A stretch of 64,000 bases of DNA from the human T2T-CHM13v2.0 reference genome, Homo sapiens: assembly GCF_009914755.1 (NCBI RefSeq), contig NC_060947.1. The stretch is one strand, 5' to 3'. Positions 1 to 15,785 of the stretch are shown piece after piece (position 1 is the first letter of the stretch; the number at the start of each line of letters is the position of its first letter). The notes below the pieces were generated by a model, which was not told the origin of the DNA, searched no databases, and saw only the letters and a program-made list of their open reading frames with translations. The translations under genes were made by a program, and so were the position numbers.

Positions 1-912
1 TTTTAGAGAAAAACATTATAGGAGAAAATTGTCATGATCTAGGACTAGGCAAAGAGTTCTTAGATTTGACCCCAAAAGCATGATCCAGGAAAACTGATAA
101 ATCAGACCTCATCAAAATTTAAAACTTTGATCTGTGAAAGACCCTGTTGAAAACATGGAAAAACAAGCAACAGACTGGGAGAAAATATTTGCAAACTACA
201 TAGCTGACAAAGGAATAATATCTAGAATATATAAAGAACCCTCAAAAACCCAAAGTTAAAAAAAAATCCATAAGAAAATAGGCAAAAGACCTCAACAGAC
301 ATTTCACCAAAGAGGATATTCAAATGGCAAATAAATGCATGAAAATATGTTAAATATCATCAGCCATCAGGAAAATGCAAATTTAAACTACAATGAAATA
401 GCAGTACACACCTATCAGAATGACTACAATAAAAAATAGTGAGCTGGGCACGGTGGCTCACCCCTCTAATCCCAGAACTTTGGGAGGCCGAGGCGAGTGG
501 ATCACCTGAGGTCGGGGGTTCAAAACCATCCTGGCCAACATGGTGAAACCCCGTCTCTACTAAAAATAATACAAAATTAGCCAGGCATGGTGGCACATGC
601 CTGTAATCCCAGCTACTTGGGAGGCTGAGGCAGAAGAATCGCTTGAACCTGGGAGGCAGAGGTTGCAGTGAGCCAAAAAATTGCGCCATTGCACTCCAGC
701 CTGGGCAACAAAAGTGAAACTCCATCTCAAAAAAAAAAAAAAAAAAGTGAAAATACCAAATGCTTGCAAAGATGTAGAGAAATGGAATCACTTATAAATT
801 GCTAGTGGTAATGGGAAAATGGTACAGCCACTCTGGAAAAGAGTGTAAAACTTTCTTAGAAAACTAAACATGGCTTACCATACAACCCAGCAATTGCACT
901 GACTTACATCCC
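1..912 (+). mobile_element. Old L1 (L1MC/MD-like) ORF2 3' end, interrupted by an Alu
   Basis: Degenerate L1 3' ORF2 sequence (AACAGACATTTCACCAAAGAGGATAT..CAAATGGCA; CCATACAACCCAGCAATTGCACT); resumes at 5665. Confidence 0.85.
443..746 (+). mobile_element. AluS, full length
   Basis: Dimeric Alu with poly-A; TSD-like AAAAAA(T)AGTGA on both sides. Confidence 0.97.
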
Positions 913-1279
913 TGTCTTAGTTCATTTTTGCTGCTATAACAGAATACCATAGACTAGGGGGCTTATAAACAAGAGAAATTTATTTCTCATGGTTCTGAAG
1001 GCTGGGAAGTCCAAGATCAAGGCACCAGCAGATATGGTACCCAGTGAGGGCCCATTTCCTGATTCACAGATGGCCATCTTTTCACTGTATCCTCACAGAG
1101 CAGAAGGGGCAAAAGAAGTCTCCGGGATCTCTTTTATGAGGGCACTAATCCAATCATGAGGGCCCCACCCTCATGACCTAATCACCTCCCAAAGGCCCCA
1201 ATCTCCAAATACCATCACCTTAGGGATTAGGATTTCAACATATGACTTTTGGGGGTACACAAACATTCAGTATATTGCA
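913..1279 (-). mobile_element. MaLR LTR (MST/MLT1A-like), 3' LTR of the MaLR provirus
   Basis: TG...CA ends; TGTCTTAGTTCATTTTTGCTGCTATAACAGAATACC, GGCTGGGAAGTCCAAGATCAAGG and CTAATCACCTCCCAAAGGCCCC motifs. Confidence 0.88.
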
Positions 1280-2807
1280 TTCTGTCCCTGGTCCCCCAAA
1301 ATTCATGACCTTCTCACATGTGAAATATATTCATTCCATTCCAATAAACCCAAAAGTCTTAACTCATTTCAGTATCAACTTTAAAATCTAAGTCCAAAGT
1401 CTCATCCAAATATTATCTAAATCAGATATGGATGATATTCAAGATAGGATTCATCCTAAGGCAAATTCCTGCCAGCTGTGAACCTGTGAAACCAAACATG
1501 TTATGTGCTTCCACAGTTCAATGGTGGGACAGGTATAGACAGACATTCCCATTCCAAAAGAGAGAAAGAAGAAAGAAGAAAAAGGGGATAGGTCTCAAGT
1601 AAGTTTAAAACCTAACAGGGCAAATTCCATTAGACCTTAAGGCTTGAGAATAATTTCTTTGACTTGATGCTCTGACATCCAGGCCCACTGGGTGACAATG
1701 TTGAGTGGCAATGTCACTTTCACAGCTTTATGGTATGACTCCATGGCAGGATCTGTGCCCTCATGCCACAGATCTTCCAGGTTGTCACTGTGTGCCTGCA
1801 GCCATGGTGTTTCAGCCTTTGAAACCTAGGTGCAAGCAGCCACGCCCCCACCTCAGCCTATGCATTCTGCATACCAGAGAAGACAGTACCACATGGACAT
1901 CACCAAAGTTTGCTATCTGCACCCTCCAGAGGGGCAGCCACCACAGTCCATGCTGCACCAGGACCCATGGGAGCTGCACCTGGGGTGACAAAGTAGTACA
2001 GTGAGTGGAGACCACAAAGTGAGCTGGCAATGAGCAGGGTGCGCTGAAGTTCCACAGGCACTGGCAGTCTCAGATAGAATGGCTAGCCTGATGATCTCTG
2101 AATTGCCTTTGGGGTAATTCTTCCATTGTCTTGAAGAATAACACCTAGTTTCCGTTGAGATGGCTGATCTACACTAATCTCCTTATCAAAGAGTCATTTG
2201 GCCACATCTTTAATGTCCTCATTTTTTGCAATATGTATAGGCTAAGAATTTTCCTAAGAATCTTTCATTTCTGCTTCCTTTTGCTTAACAATTCCAACTT
2301 TAAGTCACTTCTCTCTTCTCACATTTTGCTATAAGTAGTTAGAAGAAGCCAAGCTGCACCTTCAACACATTGCTTAGATATTTCCTGAAATAAATATCTA
2401 GTTTCATCACTCACAAGTTCTACCTTCCACAAAACACTAGAGCATATGCACAAGTCAGCCAAGTTCTTTGTCACTTTATAACAATGATCATCTTTTCTCT
2501 GTTGTCCAATAACATGTTCCTCATTTCTGTCTAAGACCTCACCAGAATGGCCTTTACCACCCATATTTCTCCAACATTCTATTCAGGATCACTTAGATGT
2601 TCTCTGAGAAAACTGAGGCTTTCTCTACAGCCCTATTCTTTTCTTTCTGAGCTCTCACCAGAATCACCCTTAGTGGTCTCTTCATAGCAACATAGACTTT
2701 TTCCATCATGCACCTCAAAACTCTTCCTATCTTTACCTGCTATCCAGTTCTAAAGCCACTTTCATATTTTTAGGTACTGCTTCCACCCCACTCTCAGTAC
2801 CAAAGTC
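1280..2807 (-). mobile_element. MaLR internal sequence (MST/MLT-int)
   Basis: Contiguous with the LTR; ORF 2319-2564 (GHSGEVLDRNEEHVIG..CYKVTKNLADLC) resembles the MaLR internal ORF; minus-strand 5' end GACTTTGGTACTGAGAGTGGGG. Confidence 0.85.
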
Positions 2808-3678
2808 TGTGTTAGTCATGGTTCTATAGAGAAACAGGCCAATAGGATATATACAGAGAGAGAGAGAGAGTTTTTTTTAGATGGTTTCATCACCCAGGCT
2901 GGAGTGCAGTGGCTCAATCTTGGCTCACTGTAGGCTCAACCTTCTGGGCTCAAGCGATCCTCCCACCTCAGCCTCCTGAGTAAATGGGACTTCAAGTGTG
3001 CACCACCACACTCAGCTAATTTTCATATTTTTTGTAGACATGGGGTTTCATCATATTTCCCAGGCTGGTCTCTAACTCCTAAGACCAAAGGATCCACCCG
3101 CCTTGGCCTCCCAAAGACATGAGCCGCTGGGTGGGCATGAGCCGCCACACCCAGCTGGAAAGAGATTTTTTATGGAGGATGGGCTCATGCAATTATAGAA
3201 GCTAAGAAGCTAAGAAGTCCCACAATTTGCTGTCTGCAACTTGGAGATCAAGGAAAAACAGCAGTGTACTTCTAGTCCAAGCCTGAAGGCCTGAGAATCA
3301 GGGGAGCCAATAGTGTAACTCTCAGTCTGAGTCCAAAGGTCTAAGAACCAGGGAGCCAGAGGTGTAAGTCCCAGTCCAAATCCAAATGCCCAAGAACCAG
3401 GAACTCTGATATCTGAGGGCAGGAAAATATGGATGTCTCAGCTCAAGCAGAGAGAGCAAATTTGCTCTTCATTTGCCTTTTTGTTCTATTTAGGCCCCTC
3501 AATGTATTAGATGATGGCCACTCACATTGGTGAGTGTGATTTTCTTTACCATGTTTACTGATTCAAAGGTTAATTTATTCCAGAAACACTCTTACAGACA
3601 TACTCAAAAATAATGTTTTACCACCTATCTGGGCATCCCTTAGACCACTCAAGTTGACATATAAAATTAACTGTCACA
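2808..3678 (-). mobile_element. MLT2-family LTR (ERVL), interrupted by an Alu
   Basis: Starts TGTGTTAGTCATGGTTCTATAGAGAAACAG and ends AAGTTGACATATAAAATTAACTGTCACA, matching reverse-complement MLT2 termini. Confidence 0.88.
2871..3157 (-). mobile_element. AluJ
   Basis: Diverged Alu with GGGCTCAAGCGATCCTCCCACC (J-type). Confidence 0.92.
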
Positions 3679-5664
3679 AGTTCATCTTTGTCAACTTGGC
3701 ACCCATAGGCATCTCCTTAAACCATACTTAATCTCCAAGAGAAGACAATAACAAGGTCATAATTCCACCTAACATGATATAACTATTCTATATACAACTG
3801 AAAATGCACTAATCCCTTCCCCAGAAGAGGAAAGTCCTTGAGTGATGTTTACTCTTCTCCTGATATCCCATAACTTAAATACTATGATATAAAGTTAACA
3901 ATACTTAAATACTGATATAAAGTCAATACATATTATGTTATATGATAAGAGATAAGATGAAAGAAAGCAAAGATATTTGCTACACACAGACACACGAGTA
4001 TATTCACAACAAAATAAGGTGGAAATACTCATGATAATTACAGTCTTCTTTTCTGGTCATGTGGATTGTAGTTGGCATTTATAACTACCTTCATCCACTA
4101 CCTATTCCATATTCTCTTTGCATTCAGTAAGCACCTCAACTGGTTGTGGTTCTTTAGCTGGTGGAGTGACCCAAATCTTTATTCCTAAAGAGTCTTGGCT
4201 ATTAATAGTCCTGCCTGGATTGAGTTGTTACAGTTTTCCATTGACCTTAATCACAGGGAATGATAAAACTAGAGACATCCTAAGGGGTCCCTGTATTCCC
4301 AACATACTCTTTCTTACCTCCATGGTGGAGTAGTAGTTCAATTCCCTCTTGGTAGTCTGGATTAATCACCCCAGACAACACTATAACTCTCTTCTTGGCC
4401 TTGACTCAGGGGCATGAGAGCCCAAAGTGGCTGGGTGACAGTCTTAACTTCCAGTTCAATGGAATTATTGTTATGACTCCTGGTGAAAGCATTCCTCCCT
4501 CTGCAACTAAGATCGCTAGCCAGCAGAGCATAAAATCACAGGAACGGGAAGCAAAAGTTTTACTAGTGGGTCACTAGGGGCAATAGTGAGTGGAGCCACT
4601 CCCATTTCCATCCCTTGATTCTTGGATCCATGAATCTTGGCTATCAGATAAACAGCACCATATATTGGACATTTATTCAGAGAATATACAACCTTCTGAA
4701 GAACCTTGCCCCCAGCCCTGCAAGGTATTACTACCTAGCTGATGCTGTAACTGAGTCTTCAAAAGGCCTTTCCACTGTACTATCAAGTCAGCTGCTTCAG
4801 GATTGTGGAGAACATGATAAGACTAATGAATTCCATGAATCTGGCCCATTGCCACACTTCTTTTGCTATGAAGTGAGTTCCTTGATCAGGAGCAACACTG
4901 TATGGAATACCATGACAATGGATAAGGCATTCTATAAGTCCATGGATGGTAGTTTTTAGCAGAAGCATTGCATGCAGGAAGGGAAAATCTGTATTTAGAA
5001 TAAGTGTCTATTTCAGTAAGGACAAAATGCCGCTACTCCCATGATGGAAGCAATCCAATGTAATCAACCTGCTACCAGATAGCTGGCTGGTCACTCCAGG
5101 GAATGGTCCTATATTGGGGGCTCAGTGTTGGTCTCTGCTGCTGACAGATTGGGCACTCAGTGGTGGCCATAGTCAGGTTGGCCTTGGTCAATTCTGAGCC
5201 CATGCATAAACTCCATCTCTGGAGCCTGGCCACTTACTTCATTAGCCCATCGAGCAGTGACAAGGGTGGCTAGGGAAAGAGGCTGACTGGTCTCCACAGA
5301 ATGGTCATCCTAGCCACTTGATTATTGAAATCTTCCTCTGCTGAGGTAAACCTTTGGTGAGCACTCACATGAGATGCAAATACCTTCACATTCTTTGCCC
5401 ATTCGAAGTAGTCTATCTACAGACCTCTTCCCCAAATATATTTGTCACCAATTTTCCAATTATATTCTTTCCAAGTCCCTGACTATCCAGCCAAATCATG
5501 GGCTACAGCCCATGAATTGGTATATAATTGCATATCTGGCCGTTTCTCTTTCTGAGCGAAGTGCATAGCCAGGTGTGCTGCTCAAAGTTTTGCCAACTGA
5601 AAGGATTTCCCTTCACCACTGTCTTTCAGGGATGTCCCAGAGAGGGGCTGTAGTGCTGCAGGTG
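3679..5664 (-). pseudogene. HERV-L/ERVL internal relic: RNase H, integrase and dUTPase, with stops and frameshifts
   Basis: Integrase core TTIHGLIECLIHCHGIPYSVAPDQGTHFIAKEVWQWA (4783-4968); hand translation of ~4280-4560 gives IPLNWKLRLSPSHFGL..VLSGVINPDYQEGIELLLHHGG (dUTPase downstream of integrase, the ERVL arrangement); abuts the MLT2 LTR. Confidence 0.9.
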
Positions 5665-6031
5665 TTGAAAACCTATACATAAATGTTCATATAAGCTTTA
5701 TTAATAATAATCACAATGGGTGAATAGTTTAAAAACTGTGTTACATCTATACCAATGGAATGCCACTTAACAATGAAAAGTAAAAAACTATTCATACAGC
5801 AGCAACTTGGATGGATCTCAAGGGAACTAAGCTGACTAAAAAAGAAACATTATAGAAATAGAGAACAGATTAGTAGTTACCAGGGGTCAAGGATGAGGGC
5901 TGCAGGGAAGAAGAAGGGAGCATGATGTGGTTACAAAAGGGCGACCTGATGGATCCCTGTGGTGATACAACTATTCTGTATCTTAATGGTATTAATGTCA
6001 GTATTACAGTTGTGATATTGTACTATGGGTT
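5665..6031 (+). mobile_element. Old L1 (L1MC/MD-like), continuation of 1-912
   Basis: AAAACCTATACATAAATGTTCATA...GCAACTTGGATGGATCTCAAGGGAA L1 3' sequence. Confidence 0.8.
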
Positions 6032-6407
6032 TGTGTTAGTCAGCTCAGGATGCTAAAACAAAATACCATAGTCTGAATGGCTTCAGCAACAGATGTTTAT
6101 TTCTCACAGTTATGGAGGCTGGGAAGTATAAGATTATGGTGCCAACATATTCAGTTAATGCAGAGGGCTCTTGTCCTGACTTGCAGATTGTCACCTTCTT
6201 GCTGTATTCTCACATGGTGAAGAAAGAAAAAACTGGTCTCTCTTTCCCTTTGTATAAGAACACTAATTTAATCACGAAGTCCCCACCCTCATGACCTCAT
6301 CTAAATCAAATTACCTCCAAAATGCCCCACCTCCAAATACCATCCCACTGGGGGTTAGAAATTCAACTTATGAGTTTTGGGGGTACACAAACATTCAGTC
6401 TCTAAGA
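6032..6407 (-). mobile_element. MLT1A-like MaLR solo LTR
   Basis: TGTGTTAGTCAGCTCAGG..TTTATTTCTCACAGTTATGGAGGCTGGGAAG; 5-bp TSD-like GGGTT/AGGTT. Confidence 0.85.
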
Positions 6408-6409
6408 AG

Positions 6410-6982
<573 letters not shown>

Positions 6983-7096
6983 ACTTTTGCAAAATGTTAT
7001 CATTGGATGAAACTGGGCAAAGAATACACAGAATCTCTCCATATTATTTCTTAAAACTGCAAGTGACTCTGGAATTATCTTAAAATTAAAAAAGTT
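6983..7096 (+). mobile_element. L1MC-like 3' terminus
   Basis: TTTTGCAAAATGTTATCATTGGATGAAACTGGG..ATTATTTCTTAAAACTGC. Confidence 0.75.
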
Positions 7097-7266
7097 ATTT
7101 ATGTTTTCTTATATTATTTATGCGGTTATTTTTATTATTATTACAAGCATATCTTGGAGATAGTGCAGGTTCAGTTCCAGACCACTGCAATAAAGTGACT
7201 ATAACAACAAAGTGAGTCACACAAATTTTTTTGTCTCCCAGTGCACATAAAAGTTACGTTTACAGT

Positions 7267-7384
7267 GGCTGGGCATGGTGGCTATAATCCCACACTTTGG
7301 GAAGTGAGAGGATCACTTCAGCCCAGCAGTTCAAGACCAGCCTGGACGACATAATGAGACACTATCTCTATTTTTTTTAAAAAA
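7267..7384 (+). mobile_element. FLAM (free left Alu monomer)
   Basis: Single Alu monomer with GAGGATCACTTCAGCCCAG; degenerate TSD AAAAG(T/C)TA..TTTA. Confidence 0.8.
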
Positions 7385-9880
7385 GCTATATTTATGTTAT
7401 AATATAGTCTATTAAGTGTGCAATAGCATTATGTCTAAAAAGGCAATGTACATATCTTAATTTAAACATACTTTATTTCTAAAAACTGCTTACAATTATC
7501 TGAGCCCTCAGTGAGTTGTAATCTTTTTGCGGGTGGAGGGTCTTGATTCCTTGTTGATGGCTGCTGGCTAATCAAGGTGGTGGTTGCTGAAGGGTGAGGT
7601 AGCTGTGGCAATTTCTTAAAATAAACAACAATGAAATTTGCTGCATTGATTGACTCTTCCTTTCATGAAAGCCTTCTCTACAGAATGCAATGCTGTTTGA
7701 TAGCATATTAGACACAGTAGACCTTCTTTTAAAAATTAAAGTCAATCCTCTGAAACCCGGCCCCTTTGTCAAATAGTTTCCAGCATATTCTAAATCCTTT
7801 GTTGCCATTTCAACAATATTCACTGCATATTCAGCAGAAGTAGATTCTGGCTCAAGAAACCACCTTCTTTGCTCATCCATAAGAAGCGACTTCTCATCCA
7901 TTCAGGTTTTATCATGAGATGGCAGCAATTCAGTCACATCTTCAGGCTCTATTTTTTATGAAAATTTTTGTGGGTACATAGTAGGTGTATATATTTATGG
8001 GGTATATGGGATGTTTTGATACAGGTATACAATGTGTGATAATCACATCAGGGCAAATGGGGTATCCATCACCTCTGGCATTTATCCTTTGTGTTACAAA
8101 TAATCCAGTTACACTCCTTTAGTTATTTTTAATTTTAAATGTACAATTCAATTATTATTGACTATAGTCACCCTGTTCTGCTATCAAATACTAGATCTTT
8201 TCATGTTTTCGAACTATTTTTTGGTACCAATTAACCATTCCCATTTCTTCCCCCACTCTATCCCCTCCACTACCCCTCCCAGCCTCTGGTAACCATCCTT
8301 CTACTCTCTAACTGCATGAGTTCAATTGTTTTAATTCTTGCCTCCCACAAGTACATGAGAACATGAAAAGTTTGTCTTTCTGTGCCTAGCTTATTTCACT
8401 TGATGACTCCCAGTTCCATCCATGTTGTTGCAGATGGCAGGATCTCATTCTTTTTCATAGCTGAATAGTATTCCCTTATGTATATGTACCACATATTTTT
8501 AACCATTTGTCTGTTGACAAAAACTTGAGTTACTTCCAAATCTTGGATATTGTGAACAGTGCTGCAATAAACATGGAAATGCAGCTATCTCTTCAATATA
8601 CTGATTTCCTTTCTTTTGGGTATATACCCAGCAGTGAGATTGCTGGACTATATGGTAGCTCTGCTTTCAGTTTTTTGAGGAACCTCCAAACTGTTCTCCA
8701 TAGTGGTCATACTAGTTTACATTCCCACCAACACTGTATGAGGGCTCCCTTTTCTCGACATCCTTGCCAGCATTTGTTATTGCCTGTCTTTTGGATACAA
8801 GCCATTTTAACTAGGGTGTGATGATATCTCACTATGGGTTTGATTTACATTTCTCTGATGATCAGTGATGCTGAGCACCTTTTCATATATCTGTTTGCAA
8901 TTTGCATATCTTTTCAGAAATGTCTATTCAGATCTTTTACCCATTTTGAATTGGATTATTAGATTTTTTCCTATAGAGTTGTTTGAGCTCCTTATATATT
9001 CTGGTTGTTAATCCTTTGTCAAGTGGATAGTTTGCAAATATTTTTTTCCCATTCTGTGGGTTGTCTCTTCACTTTGTTGATTGTTTCCTTTGTGGTGCAG
9101 AAGTTTTTAATTTGATGTGATCCCCTTTGTCCATTTTTACTTTGGTTGCCTGTGCTTCTGGGGTATTACTTAAGAAATCTTTGCCTACTGCAATGTCCTG
9201 GAGATTTTCCCTAAGGTTTCTTAGAGTAGTTTCATAGTTTGAGGTCTTAGATTTAAGTCTTTAACCCACTTCTATTTGATTTTTGTGTATGGCGAGAGAT
9301 AGGGATCTAGTTTCATTGTTCTGCATATGGATATCCAATTTTACCAGCACCATTTATTGAAGAGACTGTCTTTCCCCCAATGTATGTTCTTGGCACCTTT
9401 GTTGAAAATCAGTTCACTGTAAATATATGAATTTGTTTCTGGGTTCTCTATCCTGTTCCATTGGTCTATGTGTCTGTTTTTACGCAAGTACTATGCTGTT
9501 TTGATTATCTCTGTAGTATAGTTTGAAGTCAGTTAATGTGATTCTTCCAGTGTTGCTCTTTTTGTTCAGAATAGCTTTGGCTATTCTGGGTCTTTTGTGG
9601 TTCTATATAAATTTTAGGATTTTTTTTTATTTCTATGAAGAACTTCATTGGTATTTTGATAGGGATTGCACTGAATCTGCAGATTGCTTTGGGTAGTATG
9701 GACATTTTAACAATATTGATTCTTCCAATCTATGAACATGAAATATCTTTCCATTTTTTTGGTGTTCTATTCAGTGTCTTTCATCAGTATTATATAGTTT
9801 TTATTATGGAGATCTTTCACTTCTTTGGTTAATTCCTAGATATTTAATTATACTTGTGGCTGTTGTAAATGGGATTTTAA

Positions 9881-10243
<363 letters not shown>

Positions 10244-10983
10244 AGATTTTTGTATGTTGATTTTGTATCCTGAAACTTTACTGAATTTATCAGTTCTAAT
10301 AGTTTTTTTTTTTTTTTTGTGGAGTCTTTAGGTTTTTCCAAATCTATCATATCATCTGCAAACAAGGATAATATGACTTCTTCCTTTCCAATTCAGATGT
10401 CCTTTATTTCTTTCTCTTGTCTGATTGCTCTAGCTAGGACTTCCAGTATTATGTTGGATAACAGTGGTGAAAGTGAGCATTCTTCTCATGTTCCAAATCT
10501 TAAAGGAAGGGCTTTCAGTTTTTCCCTGTTTCTTTGTTGATTTTCTGTCTAGATGATCTGTCCAATGCTGAAAGAGGAGTGTTGAAGTCTCCAGCTATTA
10601 TTGTATTGCGATCTTTCTCTGTCTTTAGTTCTAATAATATTTGCTTTACATATCTAGGTGCTCTGGTCTTGGGTGCATATATATATTTAGAATTGTTATA
10701 TCCCCTTGCTGAATTGACCCCTTTATCATTATATAATGACCTTCTGTGTTGCTTTCAATAGTTTTTGTCTTGAAATCTATTTTGTCTTATATAACCACAT
10801 CTATTCCTCCTCTTTTTTGGTTTTCATTTGGATGGAATATCTTTTTCTATTCCTTTATTTTCAGCCTGTGCGTGTGTTTATAGGTGAAGTTTGTTTCTTG
10901 CAGGTAATAAATCAATGGATCTTGCTTGCTTAATCCATTCAGCTACTTTGTCTTTTGATTAGAGAGTTTAGTCCATTTACATG

Positions 10984-11619
10984 TGTTATATGTAAAAATG
11001 TTTATTTAGAAATAGAATGCTTGTTCCCCAGTGCCACAAAGAAATAGCACTTGAACATAAATTTAATTCTCTCAGCAAGGCCATTTTAACTTTCTGCAGA
11101 AAGGGTACACTTGCCAGCAGTTTTGCCATGAGAGTACACTGAACAAAGAAGACAGGGTCATTTATAACCTGATGCGTCCACCCTACTGCTGTGTCCAGTT
11201 TCCATTGGCTGGAATGGGACCTCACATTCTGTATTTGTCCCGATTGGCTAGCAACTTAGAACTTTCCAAAAGAGGCAAAGGCAGAGGAGAACAAAGGAAG
11301 GAGGAAGTAACTTGTGCAATGCTGAGAAAGGTAAAAACACCTCCAAATAAGGAAGATGAACAGGCTATGACCTAATGCTTGCTTGGACCAGTATAAGCAC
11401 ACCAGGGTAAATATTTAGGCTAAATTGTGGGAGCTAAGAATACAAAGTACATTGATTTCTTTATTACAGCTAGCAGATATTTCAGAATGTTAGCACAGAT
11501 ATTTAAGAATGTTAGCACAGGACTTTGAATAAATTTTGCTTCTAAGAGAAGTTACTATTTATTCCTAAGTAGACAGGGAGGAAAGTCTCTGAAGAGGAAC
11601 CTCTACTTTACTTTTTACA
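10984..11619 (-). mobile_element. ERV1 solo LTR, LTR10 (HERV-I) family-like
   Basis: TG...CA ends, exact 4-bp TSD CATG (10980-10983 / 11620-11623); minus strand has two CCAAT boxes and TTATAAA; internal 22-bp tandem duplication at ~11475-11520. Confidence 0.8.
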
Positions 11620-12010
11620 CATGCAACATTATTATGGACAAGTAAAGACTTACTCTTGCCATTTTTAAATTTGTTTTCTAGTTGTTTTGTGGTCTTCTAT
11701 CCCTTCTTTCTTTCCTTCTTGTCTTCCTTTTAGTGAAGCTGATTTTCTCTGATGATATAATTTAATTTCTTCCTTTGTATTTTTTGTGTATCTGTTGTAT
11801 ATTTCTAGAGTTGAGGTTATCATGAGTCTTGCAAACAATATCTTATAACCCATTATTTGAAGCTGATGGCAACATAACACTGATTGCATAAACAAACAAA
11901 CAAACAAGCAAAAAGAAACCTAATAAAAACTTTATATTTTAACATTTTCTCCCCACATTTTACCTTTTTGTTGTTTCTGTTTATATCTCATTGTACTGTC
12001 TATGTCTTGA

Positions 12011-12317
<307 letters not shown>

Positions 12318-12594
12318 AGTTATTATCTTTGATCAGCTCATTTTTTCCATCTTTCAACTAATGATGTGAGTAGTTTACACACCACAATTATAGTGTTATA
12401 ATGTTCTGTGTACTTACTTTTACAAATGAGTTTTGTACCTTCAGATGATTTCTTATTGCTCATTAAGGTCCTTTTCTTTCAGATTGAAGAGCTCCCTTTA
12501 GTTTTTCTTGTAGGACAGGTCTGGTGTTGAGGAAATCCCTCAGCTTTTGTTTGTCTGGAAGGTCTTTATTTTTCCTTCATGTTTGAAGGATATT

Positions 12595-12900
12595 TTCTTT
12601 TCTTTCTTTCTTTCTTTTTTCTTTTTTTTTTTTGAGACAGAGTCTCACCCTATCCCCTAGGCTGGAGTGGAGCGATCTGCAACCTCCACCTCCCGGGTTC
12701 AAGCAATTCTCCTGCCTCAGCCTCCCAAGTAGCTGGGATTACAAGTGCCTGCCACCATGCCCAGCTAATTTTTGTATTTTTAGTAGAGATGGGTTTTTGC
12801 CATGTTGGCCAGGCTGGTCTCGAACCCCTGACCTCAGGTGATCCACCACCTCGGCCTCCCAAAGTGCTGGGATTACAGGTGAGAGCCACCATGCCCAGCC
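12595..12900 (-). mobile_element. AluS
   Basis: Dimer with a small internal deletion; TSD TGAAGGATATTTTC. Confidence 0.95.
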
Positions 12901-12939
12901 CTGAAGGATATTTTCACCAGATATACTATTCTAGGGTAA

Positions 12940-13300
<361 letters not shown>

Positions 13301-13311
13301 ATAATAATTTC

Positions 13312-13612
<301 letters not shown>

Positions 13613-13922
13613 TAATAATTTGTATTGATCTATCTTCAAGTGCACTGGCTCTTCACTCTGTCATCTCTATTCTGCTGTTGTGCCTACCCAGTGATTTGCT
13701 GTAAACAGATGTGTTGTCATCCAGGCTTTGTTGTTCCATTTGTAGAGCACAGGCAGAGTAGATTTAGCATAATTCTTAGTGGTCCTAGGATTTTCAGAAT
13801 GGTAAATGAGCATTGGCTTCAACTTAAATTCACCAGCTGCATTAGCCCCTAACAAGAGAGCCAGGCTGTGTTTTGAAGCTTTGAAGCCAGGCATTTATTT
13901 CTTTCTAGCTATGAAAATTTTA

Positions 13923-14236
<314 letters not shown>

Positions 14237-14824
14237 GAAATTTAGATAACACCTTCTGCCAATAGAAGGCTGTTTTGTCTACATTGAATATCTGTTGTTA
14301 TCGTAGCCTCCTTCATCAATGATCTTAGCTAGATCTTCTGGATAACTTGCTGTAGCTTCTTCTCCATCAGCATTTGCTGCTTCACCTTGCACTTTTATGT
14401 CATGGAGATGGCTTATTTTCTTAAATCTCATGACCCAATCTCTGCCAGCTTCAAGCTTTTCTTCTGCAGCTTCCTCGCATCTCTCTCAGCCTTCATAGAA
14501 TTGAAGACAGTTAGAGCTTTGCTCTGGATTAGGCTTTGGCTTAGGGGAGTGTTGTGGCTGGTTTGATCTTCTTATCCAGACCACCTAAACTTTCTCCATA
14601 TCACCAATAAGGCTACTTTTCTTTCTTGTCATTCATGTGTTGACTATAGAAGCAGCTTTAATTTCCTTCCAGAACTTTCCCTTTGTATTCATAACTTGGC
14701 TAACTAGTGCAAGAAGCCTAACTTTTGGCCTAAGTTTTCAATCTGCCTGTCTCAATAAGCTTAATTTTTGTTAAAAAAAAAAAAATTGTGAAAAACACAA
14801 TATCTGCAAAGCGCAACACAGTAA

Positions 14825-15220
<396 letters not shown>

Positions 15221-15785
15221 TAAGTGTAATCAGCTTCTGATTTAAAGTAAGAGACTTGTGACTCTCTCACTTGAACACTTACTTAGAGGCCATGGTGGGG
15301 TTATTAGTTGGCCTAATTTCAATATTGTATCTCAGGAAATAGGGAGGCTCTAGGACAGGGCTAAGGATAGGGAAATGGACAATCAATGGAACAGTCAGAA
15401 TACATACATTTATCCATTAAGTGTGCTGCGTTACATGGCCGGGGTTTGTGGCACCCAAAAACAATTACAATAGTAATATCAAAGATCACTAATCACAGAT
15501 CAGCATAACAGATATAATCATAATGAAAAAGCTTGAAATATTGCTAGAAATACCAAAATGGGACATAGAGATATAAAGTAAGCACATGCTATTGGAAAAA
15601 TAGTACTGATAGACTTGCTTGAAGAAAGGTTGCTACAAACATTCAAGTTGTAAAAAACACAATATTTGCAAAGCACAACAAAGCAAAGTGCAGTTAAACA
15701 AGGTATGCCTGCAGATACTGAGTATTCAGTTTTTCTAAAAGATGTTTAAATTGCTCCATTAACATTTTAAGTTTAATCTTTCAAA

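Noticed and set aside
13667-13894. Pogo/Tigger transposase ORF as a domesticated TIGD-type gene
   Set aside because: Short fragment of a Tigger1 interrupted by an L1 and Alus, with part of the catalytic region missing.
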